Shown here: piece after piece, positions 8,829 to 17,632 of the stretch
How positions within the stretch are numbered: position 1 is the first letter of the stretch
Layout of the letters: every line of letters starts with the position of its first letter
Assembly: GCA_024641825.1 (NCBI GenBank)
Contig: JAHECI010000003.1
Coordinates: forward strand, 1-41,577
Length of the DNA: 41,577 nt
Direction: 5' to 3'
Origin: Desulfobacterales bacterium
GTDB lineage: Bacteria; Desulfobacterota; Desulfobacteria; Desulfobacterales; UBA11574
Position numbers and translations under genes: made by a program
The notes under the pieces: model-generated
Databases searched by the model: none
What the model was told of the DNA's origin: nothing
The model's input: only the letters and a program-made list of their open reading frames with translations

Positions 8829-8844
8829 TGGCACCGATATTGCT
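8829..8844 (+). promoter_or_regulatory. Sigma-54 (-24/-12) promoter TGGCAC-N5-TTGCT
   Basis: tggcac (8829-8834), cgata, ttgc (8840-8843) is an exact match to the consensus TGGCAC-N5-TTGC. It lies between the divergent bEBP gene and the ABC-transporter operon. Confidence 0.8.
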
Positions 8845-8964
8845 TAGGAAGAGTCAATTACCGTTGGGGCCGAAATGGCTAAGGGCTCTGTTGTGACGAT
8901 TCCTTGTCAAAAGATTTATTTCAGACCTGTTGAACAGACCTATTTTTATAGAGGGGGGAAACTG

Positions 8965-9774
8965 ATGCCGGTTTTACTGGAGGTTGATAACGTAGAATGC
9001 GTTTACCAAAAGCACATCCTTGCTGTGAGCGGCGTATCCCTTTTATTAAAAAAATCCCAGATTCTGGCACTGCTGGGAACCAATGGCGCCGGGAAAACAA
9101 CCATTTTGCGCTGCATCATGGGCAAAAGCCTTTTGAAGCCCCTGGAGGGTGAAGTCACCAAGGGCGGCATTCGTTTCGAGGGAGAGCGTTTAGACCTCAA
9201 GACCACCCCGCAGGTCGTCGGGATGGGGATCGCCCTGGTGCCCGAGGGGAGAGGCATTTTTGAAGACATGACCGTCGAGGAAAACCTCCGGGTCGGCGGC
9301 CATAATGTCCACAGCGGCCAAAACCATTCTGTGAGCTACGAAAAAATATATTCATACTTCCCTGTGCTCAAGCAAAGAAAAAGACAAACCGCAGGCTATT
9401 TGTCCGGCGGCGAACAGCAGATGCTTGCCATTGGCCGCGCACTCATGAGTGCGCCCAAGTTGCTGATTCTGGACGAACCATCCTTGGGGTTGTCTCCCAT
9501 GCTGATCGAAAACATTTTTGAAATCATCAAGACCATCAACGCGGAAGAAGGGGTGTCTATTCTTCTGGTCGAGCAAAACGCATCGATCGCTTTAGAGGTC
9601 GCCGACTACAGCTATATCATGGAAAACGGCAGCGTCGTTCTGGATGGTCCACCGGAGACATTGAAAGAAGACCAGCGCGTAAGGGAATTCTACCTTGGCA
9701 TTTCATCATGCGGCCAAAGGAAGTGCTACAGGGATGTGAAAAGTTATAAAAAACGCAAACGATGGTTTTCTTAA
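8965..9774 (+). CDS. Branched-chain-amino-acid-type (LivF-like) ABC transporter ATP-binding protein with a basic C-terminal tail
   Basis: Walker A GTNGAGKTT, signature LSGGEQQMLAIGRAL, Walker B LLILDEPS. I prefer the start at ATG 8965 (RBS gaggggggaa, N-terminus MPVLLEVDNVECVY) over ATG 8875. Confidence 0.85.
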   Translation: MPVLLEVDNVECVYQKHILAVSGVSLLLKKSQILALLGTNGAGKTTILRCIMGKSLLKPLEGEVTKGGIRFEGERLDLKTTPQVVGMGIALVPEGRGIFEDMTVEENLRVGGHNVHSGQNHSVSYEKIYSYFPVLKQRKRQTAGYLSGGEQQMLAIGRALMSAPKLLILDEPSLGLSPMLIENIFEIIKTINAEEGVSILLVEQNASIALEVADYSYIMENGSVVLDGPPETLKEDQRVREFYLGISSCGQRKCYRDVKSYKKRKRWFS

Positions 9775-9784
9775 GAGAGTGAAT

Positions 9785-10555
9785 ATGAAACTTGCGGTCG
9801 ATAATATTTCTTTGAGCTTTTCAGGACTCACCGTTATCAACGATTTCAGTTTGGACATCGACAAGCCCGGCATATATGCGGTCATCGGTCCCAACGGCGC
9901 CGGAAAAACCAGCCTGATTAACTGCATCTTTGGATTTTACAAACCACAGCAAGGCAATATCGTCATCAATGATGTCCGGGTAAACAATTTTCAACCGCAC
10001 CAGATCGCCAAGTTGGGGGTGGCCAGGTTTTTTCAGAACATCGAGTTGTTCAGACATTTGACCGTGTTGGACAATATCCTGCTGGGTCGCCACAATCATT
10101 TAAAATACGGTCTCATGGCCGCCTGCTGGTACTACGGCAAGGCACGAAAAGAAGAGATCAAGCAGCGGGAAGCGGTAGAAGAGATCATCGAATTTTTGGA
10201 AATGGAATCCATTCGCAAAGAACTGGTCGGCAACCTGGCATACGGGCTCAAGAAGAAAGTTGAGTTGGCCCGGGCCTTGGCCATGGGGCCGAAGATCCTT
10301 TTTCTGGACGAGCCCACCAGCGGTATGACCCAGGAGGAAAAGGAAGATATCGTCAGGTTTGTCATCGGCATCGAGCGATCGAAAGGTATTCCCATTGTGA
10401 TCGTAGAGCACGATATGAATGTGGTCATGGATATCTCCGACCGTGTAACGGTCATGAACTTTGGCACCAAAATAGCCGAGGGGACCCCCGAGGAAATTCA
10501 GAAAGATCCCGAGGTCATCAAGGCATATTTGGGTAAAAAGAGGGATTCAATATGA
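9785..10555 (+). CDS. LivG-like ABC transporter ATP-binding protein
   Basis: Walker A GPNGAGKTS, signature-like LAYGLKKKVELARAL, Walker B ILFLDEPTSG, C-terminal DPEVIKAYLG. A GTG at 9779 is an alternative start. Confidence 0.85.
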   Translation: MKLAVDNISLSFSGLTVINDFSLDIDKPGIYAVIGPNGAGKTSLINCIFGFYKPQQGNIVINDVRVNNFQPHQIAKLGVARFFQNIELFRHLTVLDNILLGRHNHLKYGLMAACWYYGKARKEEIKQREAVEEIIEFLEMESIRKELVGNLAYGLKKKVELARALAMGPKILFLDEPTSGMTQEEKEDIVRFVIGIERSKGIPIVIVEHDMNVVMDISDRVTVMNFGTKIAEGTPEEIQKDPEVIKAYLGKKRDSI

Positions 10556-12363
10556 GGTGTGATTCTAACACCATTCCGGGGATGTTTCTAAATGTCGTCA
10601 AGGAGCACGGCACGTCGGTGGCCATGCGGGAAAAGGATTTCGGTATTTGGAATGAGATTACCTGGAATGGTTACCGGAATCAAGTCGAAGCCTTTTTTCA
10701 TGGATTGAAACATCTGGGCTTAAAAAAAGGCGACGTTGTTTGTATCCTGTCCGAGAATAGACCCGAGTGGGTATACACGGACCTTGCCTGTCAGTTCGCG
10801 GGGGCGCTCCCCCTGGGGGTTTACGCCGAAAGTCTCGAGCCCGAGCTGGCGTTTGCCCTCAACCATAATCAAGCACGGTTCATCATTGTCGAGGATCAAG
10901 AGCAAACCGACAAAGTCCTGAACATTCTCGAACAGGTGCCCAGTTTGAAAAAATGCATCGTGATCGAACTGGACGGGATGGAAGATTACGACCACGACAT
11001 CCTGGTCAGTTATGATAAAGTGGCGGAAATCGGCAAACAAAAAGCAGCGGTTTTACCCGAAGAACTCGAACAGGCGGCCGCCGGGATAAAGCCGGGCGAT
11101 ATCGCTTTTCTGTGCCTGACGTCCGGCACGACCAAAAATCCCAAAAGCGTTATCCTCACCCACGAGTGTGTTCTGACCCTTGCCGATTCTCTGATGGAAA
11201 TAGATACCTATGGCCCCACCGACGAAGAGCTTTCGTACCTGCCGCTGCCGTGGATTGTAGAGCGATTTTTTTCGGTCATTTTACATTTGAAGGCGCGTTA
11301 CCGGGTAAATTTTCCGGAGACCATGGAGTTGAATGTCGTTTTTCAGAACATGCGCGAAATTTGTCCGTCTATTTTGATCTGCGCCCCGAGAGTCTGGGAA
11401 AATTTTTGCACCACGGTATACATTAAAAACGACAATGCGAGCTGGTTTAAACGCAAGGTGTTCCAGATTTTCATGCCCATCGCCGAAAAGGTCGGCGAAC
11501 GGGCGCTAAAGAACACCAGGGTCGGGTTCGGACTGGGTCTTTTGTACTTTTTCGCCGAGCTGATGTTGTGCCGCAAGCTAAGAGAACGCCTGGGATTCAG
11601 GCTGCTTCGGTTTGCTTATACGGGCGGCGCGGCCATAGGCCCTGAGGTGTATACTTTCTTTCATGCCATCGGGGTAGATTTGAGGCAGATTTACGGCCAA
11701 ACCGAAATCGGCGGCGTATGCTGCCTTCAGCCCCCCGGGGAAGCGGATCCGGAAACCACGGGCAAACCCCTGCCGGGAATCGATATCGAGATTTCAAAAT
11801 CAGACGAAGTGTGTGTGCATTCCAAATATTTCAAAGGATATTACAACACCCCCGACGCCACCACGGATCTCCACCGCGATGGTTTTCTGCTGACCGGCGA
11901 TCAGGGATATTTCACGGATCATGGTCACCTTGTGGTCATCGATCGTCAGAAGGATATCATCAAAACCCGGTCCGGATATAGCTTTTCGCCTCAGTTGGTA
12001 GAAAACAGGCTTAAATTCTCACCGTATATCCGGGAAGTGATTGTCGTGGGCGAAGGCCGGCCGGAGGTGGTCGCGTTGGTCCAGATTGACATGGAAAATG
12101 TCGGCAACTGGGCCCAGCGTAAAGGCATACCCTACACAACATTTCGAGATTTAGTCTCTAAACCGCAAGTTTTCGAACTGATCGGGCAAGCGGTTTCACG
12201 CACCAATCTGAAGCTCGACGAGGAAGGCCGGATAAAGCGCTACAAGCTTCTGGAAAAAGAACTCGATGCCGATGACGCCGAGGTCACCAGAACCAACAAA
12301 TTGAGGCGCGGTTTTGTCAACGAGAAATATAAAGACGTGATCGAGTCTTTATACAATACCTGA
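10552..12363 (+). CDS. AMP-dependent acyl-CoA synthetase/ligase embedded in the ABC transporter cluster
   Basis: 603-aa ORF with the AMP-binding motif LTSGTTKNPKSV, plus YGQTE and GD.G. Its start overlaps the LivG-like stop (ATGA). Confidence 0.85.
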   Translation: MRCDSNTIPGMFLNVVKEHGTSVAMREKDFGIWNEITWNGYRNQVEAFFHGLKHLGLKKGDVVCILSENRPEWVYTDLACQFAGALPLGVYAESLEPELAFALNHNQARFIIVEDQEQTDKVLNILEQVPSLKKCIVIELDGMEDYDHDILVSYDKVAEIGKQKAAVLPEELEQAAAGIKPGDIAFLCLTSGTTKNPKSVILTHECVLTLADSLMEIDTYGPTDEELSYLPLPWIVERFFSVILHLKARYRVNFPETMELNVVFQNMREICPSILICAPRVWENFCTTVYIKNDNASWFKRKVFQIFMPIAEKVGERALKNTRVGFGLGLLYFFAELMLCRKLRERLGFRLLRFAYTGGAAIGPEVYTFFHAIGVDLRQIYGQTEIGGVCCLQPPGEADPETTGKPLPGIDIEISKSDEVCVHSKYFKGYYNTPDATTDLHRDGFLLTGDQGYFTDHGHLVVIDRQKDIIKTRSGYSFSPQLVENRLKFSPYIREVIVVGEGRPEVVALVQIDMENVGNWAQRKGIPYTTFRDLVSKPQVFELIGQAVSRTNLKLDEEGRIKRYKLLEKELDADDAEVTRTNKLRRGFVNEKYKDVIESLYNT

Positions 12364-12380
12364 AGGGAGGCAAAGGGCCA

Positions 12381-13262
12381 TTGGGCGAAATAGAATATTT
12401 TATCCAGTTGCTGTTGGGCGGCTTGTCAATGGGTTTTATTTACTCCCTGGTGGGTTTGGGGTTCGTAATTATTTTCAAGTCAACGAAAATTCTGAATCTG
12501 GCCCAAGGAGAGATGATGATGGTGGGTGCCTATATAACGCTCTCCTTTCACAAGTTGCTGGGGCTGCCGTTATTATTGTCCTTTGGATTGAGCCTGGTAG
12601 CGGCGTATTTGCTGGGCCTGGCCCTGGAGAGGATTTTTTTGCGCAGGATGATCGGCGAGCCGATTTTTTCCGTCGTCATGCTGACCGTCGGCTTGGGCGT
12701 ATCTCTTCGGGGACTGGTGGGCCTGATCTGGACACAAGAAGAACAGGTGATGACCGTGCCCCTCTTTAGTAAAATTTTAAAGGTCTCGGGTATTAGCATC
12801 AGCTACGGCAACCTCATCGTCATCGCCGTATCCTCTGTGCTGGTTCTGGGCTTCAGCCTTTTTTACAAATACTCCAAGATCGGTATCGGCATGCGCGCCA
12901 CGGCAACCAATCAGGACGCGGCCATGATTATGGGCATCGATGTGCAAAAGGTGTTTTCGCGTTCATGGTCCTACTCGGCGGTTGTCTCTGTGTTTGGGGG
13001 TATCGTTTTGGCCGGAATCACGATCATAACGCCCAATATGGCCAACTTCGGGTTAAAGGCGCTTCCGGCAGTTGTTTTGGGCGGCATCGACAGCATCCTG
13101 GGCGTCATCCTGGGCGGCATCATCGTCGGCGTCAGCGAGAATATTGTGGGGGGATACCTGGGCGGAATGGCTCAGCAGCTGACACCCCATGTCATTCTCT
13201 TTGTCGTGCTGGTCTTCAAGCCCTACGGCCTTTTCGGGACGAAAGAGATAGAGAGGGTTTAA
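12381..13262 (+). CDS. LivH-like ABC transporter permease
   Basis: 293-aa polytopic hydrophobic ORF. The TTG start is preceded by gggagg, and the N-terminus (YFIQLLLGGLSMGFIYSLVGLGF) is typical of LivH-family permeases. Confidence 0.8.
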   Translation: MGEIEYFIQLLLGGLSMGFIYSLVGLGFVIIFKSTKILNLAQGEMMMVGAYITLSFHKLLGLPLLLSFGLSLVAAYLLGLALERIFLRRMIGEPIFSVVMLTVGLGVSLRGLVGLIWTQEEQVMTVPLFSKILKVSGISISYGNLIVIAVSSVLVLGFSLFYKYSKIGIGMRATATNQDAAMIMGIDVQKVFSRSWSYSAVVSVFGGIVLAGITIITPNMANFGLKALPAVVLGGIDSILGVILGGIIVGVSENIVGGYLGGMAQQLTPHVILFVVLVFKPYGLFGTKEIERV

Positions 13263-13264
13263 CA

Positions 13265-14335
13265 ATGAAAGTGCTTTGTTTTATGCCGCGTGTCCGGACA
13301 AGATACTTTAGCCGGAGTTACAGCCATGAGATACAGATCTTCCGGACTCTGTTTCAGAAATTCTGGCTGGGGCTGCTGTTTGTCCTGGTTTTTGCCTTCC
13401 CTTATTTTGCCGACAGATATTCGACCTATATTGCTACGCTCGTTCTGGTGTCCGTAATCGGCAGTATCGGATTGAACATACTGACCGGGTATACCGGCCA
13501 GATATCATTAGGCCACGGCGCTTTTCTCGGCATAGGGGCCTACAGCTATACCATTCTTTTAGGCAAGGCCGCCCTTCCTTTCTGGCTGGCGATTCTGCTT
13601 GCAGGCGGCATCAGCGGCATACTCGGAGTGGTTATCGGGATGCCTGCCCTGCGAATGAAGGGTCTTTATCTGGCCATGGCAACCCTGGCGTTTCATTTCA
13701 TCGTTGAACAGGTCATCATGAATTGGGAAGGGTTGACCGGCGGCTATCAGGGCCTGTCCGTGCCCCAGGCGTCGTTGGGAACCATCAGTTTTGAATCCGA
13801 AATGAGTATATTTTATCTGGTTTTGGTGTTCACTGTCGTCACCGTATTTATTACCGGAAATATCGTGCGAAGCAAGATCGGGCGGGCATTCTCGGCCATC
13901 AGAGACAGAGATCTGGCCGCCGAGGCCATCGGCGTTTCGCTGACAAAGTACAAGATTATGGCCTTTTTCATCAGTTCGGTGTTTACCGGTATTGCCGGGG
14001 CCCTCATGGCCATCAGTTTGGGCCGAATTTCACCGTATGATTTCGCGCTGACGCTGTCCATCGCCTACATCTCTATGATCATCGTGGGTGGTTTAGGCTC
14101 CATCGTGGGCAGCATACTCGGTGCTGTGGCCATTACACTGCTTCCATTTGGCTTAATGGCGGTTTCGGACTCTATCGCAACCTACTATCCGCTATTTTCA
14201 ACCAAATTCGCCGATGTCAAGACCTTTGCCTACGGCATGGTGATTGTCATCTTTTTGATGTGGGAACCGGATGGAATCGCCGGCCGTTGGCGGCGGATAA
14301 AGATCTATTTCGTCAACTGGCCTTTTTCATACTAG
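13265..14335 (+). CDS. LivM-like ABC transporter permease
   Basis: ATG 13265 lies 3 nt after the LivH-like stop. The product is hydrophobic with GYTGQISLGHGAFLGIGAY, typical of LivM. The longer 12965 start overlaps the preceding gene and is rejected. Confidence 0.8.
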   Translation: MKVLCFMPRVRTRYFSRSYSHEIQIFRTLFQKFWLGLLFVLVFAFPYFADRYSTYIATLVLVSVIGSIGLNILTGYTGQISLGHGAFLGIGAYSYTILLGKAALPFWLAILLAGGISGILGVVIGMPALRMKGLYLAMATLAFHFIVEQVIMNWEGLTGGYQGLSVPQASLGTISFESEMSIFYLVLVFTVVTVFITGNIVRSKIGRAFSAIRDRDLAAEAIGVSLTKYKIMAFFISSVFTGIAGALMAISLGRISPYDFALTLSIAYISMIIVGGLGSIVGSILGAVAITLLPFGLMAVSDSIATYYPLFSTKFADVKTFAYGMVIVIFLMWEPDGIAGRWRRIKIYFVNWPFSY

Positions 14336-14388
14336 ACAGGTCCTTTTATTCACTCAAAGCCGTATCATTTAAAAAGGAGGTTTTAGAA

Positions 14389-15636
14389 ATGCGAATGCAG
14401 ACTATCAGAATGAAGACAACAGGGATTGTGCTTGCAGGTGTTTTTATTTCTACGCTCATCTTCACCGGGCCTGCCGTGGCTGACTCCAAGAGGGGTATCA
14501 CCGATACCACCGTAAAAATCGGAATCAATGCCCCGTTGAGCCGTGTCCTCGCGCATGCCGGCAAGGCTTCGGTGGATGCACTCCAGGCCTATTTTAAGTA
14601 CGTTAATGAAAAAGGCGGGGTTCACGGCCGCAAGATTCAACTGGTGGTCAGCGATCACCAGTACGAACCCAGTCAATCCCTGGCGGAATTTAAAAAGATG
14701 GTGACGCGCAATAAAGTCATGGCCCTCATCGGGTGGGGGACGCCGCCGACAACGATTCTGATCGAGCCGGCCATGAAGGAAAAAATGCCGCTGCTTTGCA
14801 TCAGCGGCGGTACGCCCCTGTTCAATCCAGCCAAAAGATATGTCGTTGCCATGATTACGCCTTACAGGCTTCAGGCAGCTGCCGTCGTCACCCATATTGT
14901 CGAAAAACTGGGCGATAAAAACCCCAAGATCGGCCTGTTTTACAATAACGACGACTTCGGTCGGGAAGGGAAGGCCGGCGTTGAAATGGCCGCTAAACAT
15001 TATGGATTCGACATCGTTGCAGAAGCGCCGCACATCACCGGATCGCCGGTAGACAAAGCGGCCGTCACCAACTTCAAAAGCGCGGGGGTCGATTATGTTC
15101 TGGTCGGCGCCCACTCCGGCGATGTTTCCAGCCTGTTGCTGGAGATGAAAAACCAGGGCCTGAACGTTGATGTCTACGGTGTGTTGGCGCCCGCTTCGGA
15201 TCGCAAGATCGTTTTGCAGGCAAAAGAAGCGGCCAAACGCTACTACGCTGTCGATGCCCAGGGACGCTGGAGCGACACCCAGAAACCCGGCATTGCCAAA
15301 ATGATCGAACTTTCGGCCAAGTATGCGCCTGCCGAAGTGTTGGAAACCAAGAGTTATTACTACATACTGGGCTGGTACCCGGCCCTGCTCATCGTCGAAG
15401 CTTTGGAGCGCGCCGGCAGAGACCTGACCGTTGAAAAGTTTCTCGATGCCCTGAATAGCTTTAAAGACTGGGACACCGATGGTGTCGTACCGCCCATAAC
15501 CATCACCCCTGAGCGAAGAGTGGTCGCCCTTGGCGGCATTATTGTAAAAGCCGACCTGGAAAAACAGGATCTGCTGCCGATTTCGGACTGGATCGAAGCG
15601 CCGCCTGAAATCGCTAAAAAGGTGTTGGGACAGTAA
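14389..15636 (+). CDS. Periplasmic substrate-binding protein (type-1 PBP, Liv/amide family) with a signal peptide
   Basis: ATG 14389 is preceded by aaaaaggagg. The signal peptide is MRMQTIRMKTTGIVLAGVFISTLIFTGPAVA. Downstream motifs are KIGINAPLS...GG..GRKI. Confidence 0.8.
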   Translation: MRMQTIRMKTTGIVLAGVFISTLIFTGPAVADSKRGITDTTVKIGINAPLSRVLAHAGKASVDALQAYFKYVNEKGGVHGRKIQLVVSDHQYEPSQSLAEFKKMVTRNKVMALIGWGTPPTTILIEPAMKEKMPLLCISGGTPLFNPAKRYVVAMITPYRLQAAAVVTHIVEKLGDKNPKIGLFYNNDDFGREGKAGVEMAAKHYGFDIVAEAPHITGSPVDKAAVTNFKSAGVDYVLVGAHSGDVSSLLLEMKNQGLNVDVYGVLAPASDRKIVLQAKEAAKRYYAVDAQGRWSDTQKPGIAKMIELSAKYAPAEVLETKSYYYILGWYPALLIVEALERAGRDLTVEKFLDALNSFKDWDTDGVVPPITITPERRVVALGGIIVKADLEKQDLLPISDWIEAPPEIAKKVLGQ

Positions 15637-15653
15637 ACCGTCTGAATGTGATT

Positions 15654-15681
15654 CGGGTGGCGAGGGGGTCCTCGCCGCCCG
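15654..15681 (+). other. GC-rich 12-bp-stem intercistronic hairpin after the binding-protein gene (mRNA stabiliser or partial terminator)
   Basis: cgggtggcgagg-gggt-cctcgccgcccg. No U-tract follows it. Confidence 0.45.
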
Positions 15682-15735
15682 GATCAAGACTGAAATCGAA
15701 AAATCAAACCAGAGAGGGTTAAGGAGAATGCCTTG

Positions 15736-17037
15736 ATGAATGACGGCATCGCATCGAACACAGAATTCCGGCCAAGTCGGTGGGGACGTCTTTCGGCGGA
15801 CGAACACGCCGGCATCCAGATGGAAAAGCTGCGGGATCTTTTGATCTATGCGCATAAAAACAGCCCGTTTTACCGCAGGCGCTTCCATGATGCCGGGTTC
15901 AATCCCGAGCAGGTAAAGGCAACCGAAGATCTTTTGGAAAGGGCCCCTTTTATCAATAAAACCGTTTTAATGGACGAACAGGCCAAAAAACCACCTTTTG
16001 GAGACCTTTTGACCGTTGCCCAAGAAGATCTGGTGCGGTTGTACTACTCGCCCGGACCATTGCTTATCATTTTCAGTCACGCGGACTTGAACGCCTATAT
16101 CCAAAGAGCCGCCAACGGGCTTTACCATGCGGGTGCCAGGGCCGGCGATATCGTGAACATCTCTTTTAACTATAACTGGGTGGGGGCCGGGACACAGCAC
16201 GATGACGCATATCGCAGGATCGGGTGTGCGGTATTGCCGGGGGGCGCCGGCATGAGCGAGACCCATATCGACCTCATGAAGCTGACCCGAACGACCGTTT
16301 TATCGGCCTTTCCCACCTATGCCATCCGTCTGGCCGAAACAGCAAAAAAAATGGGTTTGGATCCTGCACGGGATCTGAATTTGCGTTTGATCATCATCGT
16401 GGGGGAGATACGGTCGGACGAAGATAAAAAGCAGATCGGCGATCTTTTCGGGGCCCAGGTCCGGGAAATGTATGTCGGCAATGAAATGGGATTTGTCGGC
16501 TCGGAATGCCCCCACGGCGGAGGCATGCACCTTTTCAGCGACACCCTGGTAGAGGTCATTGACCCCCGGACCGGCCGTCGGGTCGATCCGGGTCAACCCG
16601 GAGAGATTGTGACCACCGATCTGCACCGGCGGGCCATGCCCATAATCAATTACCGCACCGGCGATATTACCGAAGGGCTGATCTATGAAGAATGCCCGTG
16701 CGGCCTGAAGCGACCCAGGATGAAGAGAATACTGGGACGTGTCGGCGACATCCCCAGAGTAAAAGGCATGTTCATTCCGCCCCGGCGCATCGAGCTGGTT
16801 TTGGGAAAATATCAGGATTTGGGCCGGTACCAGGCCGTTGTGGACAGACCGGAAAAAACGGATCGTTTTACCATCAAGATCGAATGCCCCCCGGCCCGCC
16901 AAAAAGACGATTTTCGAAAAACACTGATTGAAAATTTCAAGGTTTCCCTTGGTATTTTGCCGGAGGTGCAATGGTTGCAGCCCGGTACAATTGCCGAGGA
17001 CGATCGAACACTTATGGATTTACGAAAGATTAACTGA
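15736..17037 (+). CDS. Phenylacetate-CoA ligase (PaaK)/coenzyme F390 synthetase family adenylating enzyme
   Basis: The N-terminus ...QMEKLRDLLIYAHKNSPFYRRRFHDAGFNPEQV...LERAPFINKTVL is typical of PaaK-like ligases. An RBS (aaggag) lies 9 nt upstream of ATG 15736. Confidence 0.8.
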   Translation: MNDGIASNTEFRPSRWGRLSADEHAGIQMEKLRDLLIYAHKNSPFYRRRFHDAGFNPEQVKATEDLLERAPFINKTVLMDEQAKKPPFGDLLTVAQEDLVRLYYSPGPLLIIFSHADLNAYIQRAANGLYHAGARAGDIVNISFNYNWVGAGTQHDDAYRRIGCAVLPGGAGMSETHIDLMKLTRTTVLSAFPTYAIRLAETAKKMGLDPARDLNLRLIIIVGEIRSDEDKKQIGDLFGAQVREMYVGNEMGFVGSECPHGGGMHLFSDTLVEVIDPRTGRRVDPGQPGEIVTTDLHRRAMPIINYRTGDITEGLIYEECPCGLKRPRMKRILGRVGDIPRVKGMFIPPRRIELVLGKYQDLGRYQAVVDRPEKTDRFTIKIECPPARQKDDFRKTLIENFKVSLGILPEVQWLQPGTIAEDDRTLMDLRKIN

Positions 17038-17047
17038 GGATGCCCGG

Positions 17048-17482
17048 ATGAATACTGTGAATGAAATAACAGAATTATTGGACCAAAAACCGGCTGTCTG
17101 GACGGCGGATCCCGGCAAGGCTCCCTGTCTGATCGGGACCCGCTGTAAACGTTGTCGTCACTTCCACTTTCCGCCGATCAATCGCTGTACGCAATGTCTG
17201 AGCATTGAACTGGAGAATGTTCCTTTCGGGAGAAGCGGAACATTATACTCCTATTCGGTAATTCAGATCTCTTCGCTGGGCTTCAAGGCGCCGTATGCCG
17301 TCGGATATATCGATTTGGATGAAGGTGTGCGCCTGTTGGCCCCGATCGTCGAGTGGCAGGACGCCGGGCTGAGCAGCGGGAAAAAAATGGAACTGGTTGT
17401 CGGCAAGGTTAAACAAGACGCCGACGGCAATGATGTTGAGGGGTATATGTACCGACCCCAAAAAAACGATGGAAAAAATTAG
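17048..17482 (+). CDS. DUF35-type Zn-ribbon/OB-fold protein (thiolase partner)
   Basis: CKRCRHFHFPPINRCTQC zinc ribbon followed by an OB-like segment (GTLYSYSVI...VGYIDLDEGVRLLAPI). It sits directly upstream of a thiolase-like gene. Confidence 0.75.
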   Translation: MNTVNEITELLDQKPAVWTADPGKAPCLIGTRCKRCRHFHFPPINRCTQCLSIELENVPFGRSGTLYSYSVIQISSLGFKAPYAVGYIDLDEGVRLLAPIVEWQDAGLSSGKKMELVVGKVKQDADGNDVEGYMYRPQKNDGKN

Positions 17483-17632
17483 GTCTGCGGCCGGAGGCCC
17501 TTTGCCAAAGATGCGGACCGGGCAGATTCGTTTTCTGCCGGGAAGCTCCTTGGGGGCCCTTGGACGAAAATTGGCGAAATTTCATGGCCGAAGATCCGTA
17601 TACATAAATTTATATCCGAATGCGAGGTTACA

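Noticed and set aside
8626-8964. 73-aa ORF, and the long N-terminal extension (ATG 8875) of the first ABC ATPase
   Set aside because: The 73-aa ORF spans the sigma-54 promoter/UAS region. The 8875 start adds 30 residues not found in LivF-type proteins and lacks a good RBS, whereas ATG 8965 has one.
12965-13264. Upstream extension of the LivM-like ORF. Similar track artefacts occur at 14260-14388, 16928-17047, 20168-20248, 35049-35231 and 36031-36192.
   Set aside because: These extensions overlap the preceding gene in another frame, or encode junk-like sequence. Internal ATGs with an RBS and family-typical N-termini were chosen instead.
14383-15888. 501-aa minus-strand ORF
   Set aside because: It is fully antisense to the well-supported binding-protein gene and the PaaK-like gene. 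Its Arg/Gly/Pro/His-rich, low-complexity translation is typical of a shadow frame in GC-rich coding DNA. It has no motif.
16300-16971. 223-aa minus-strand ORF
   Set aside because: It is antisense to the PaaK-like ligase gene. This is a shadow ORF.
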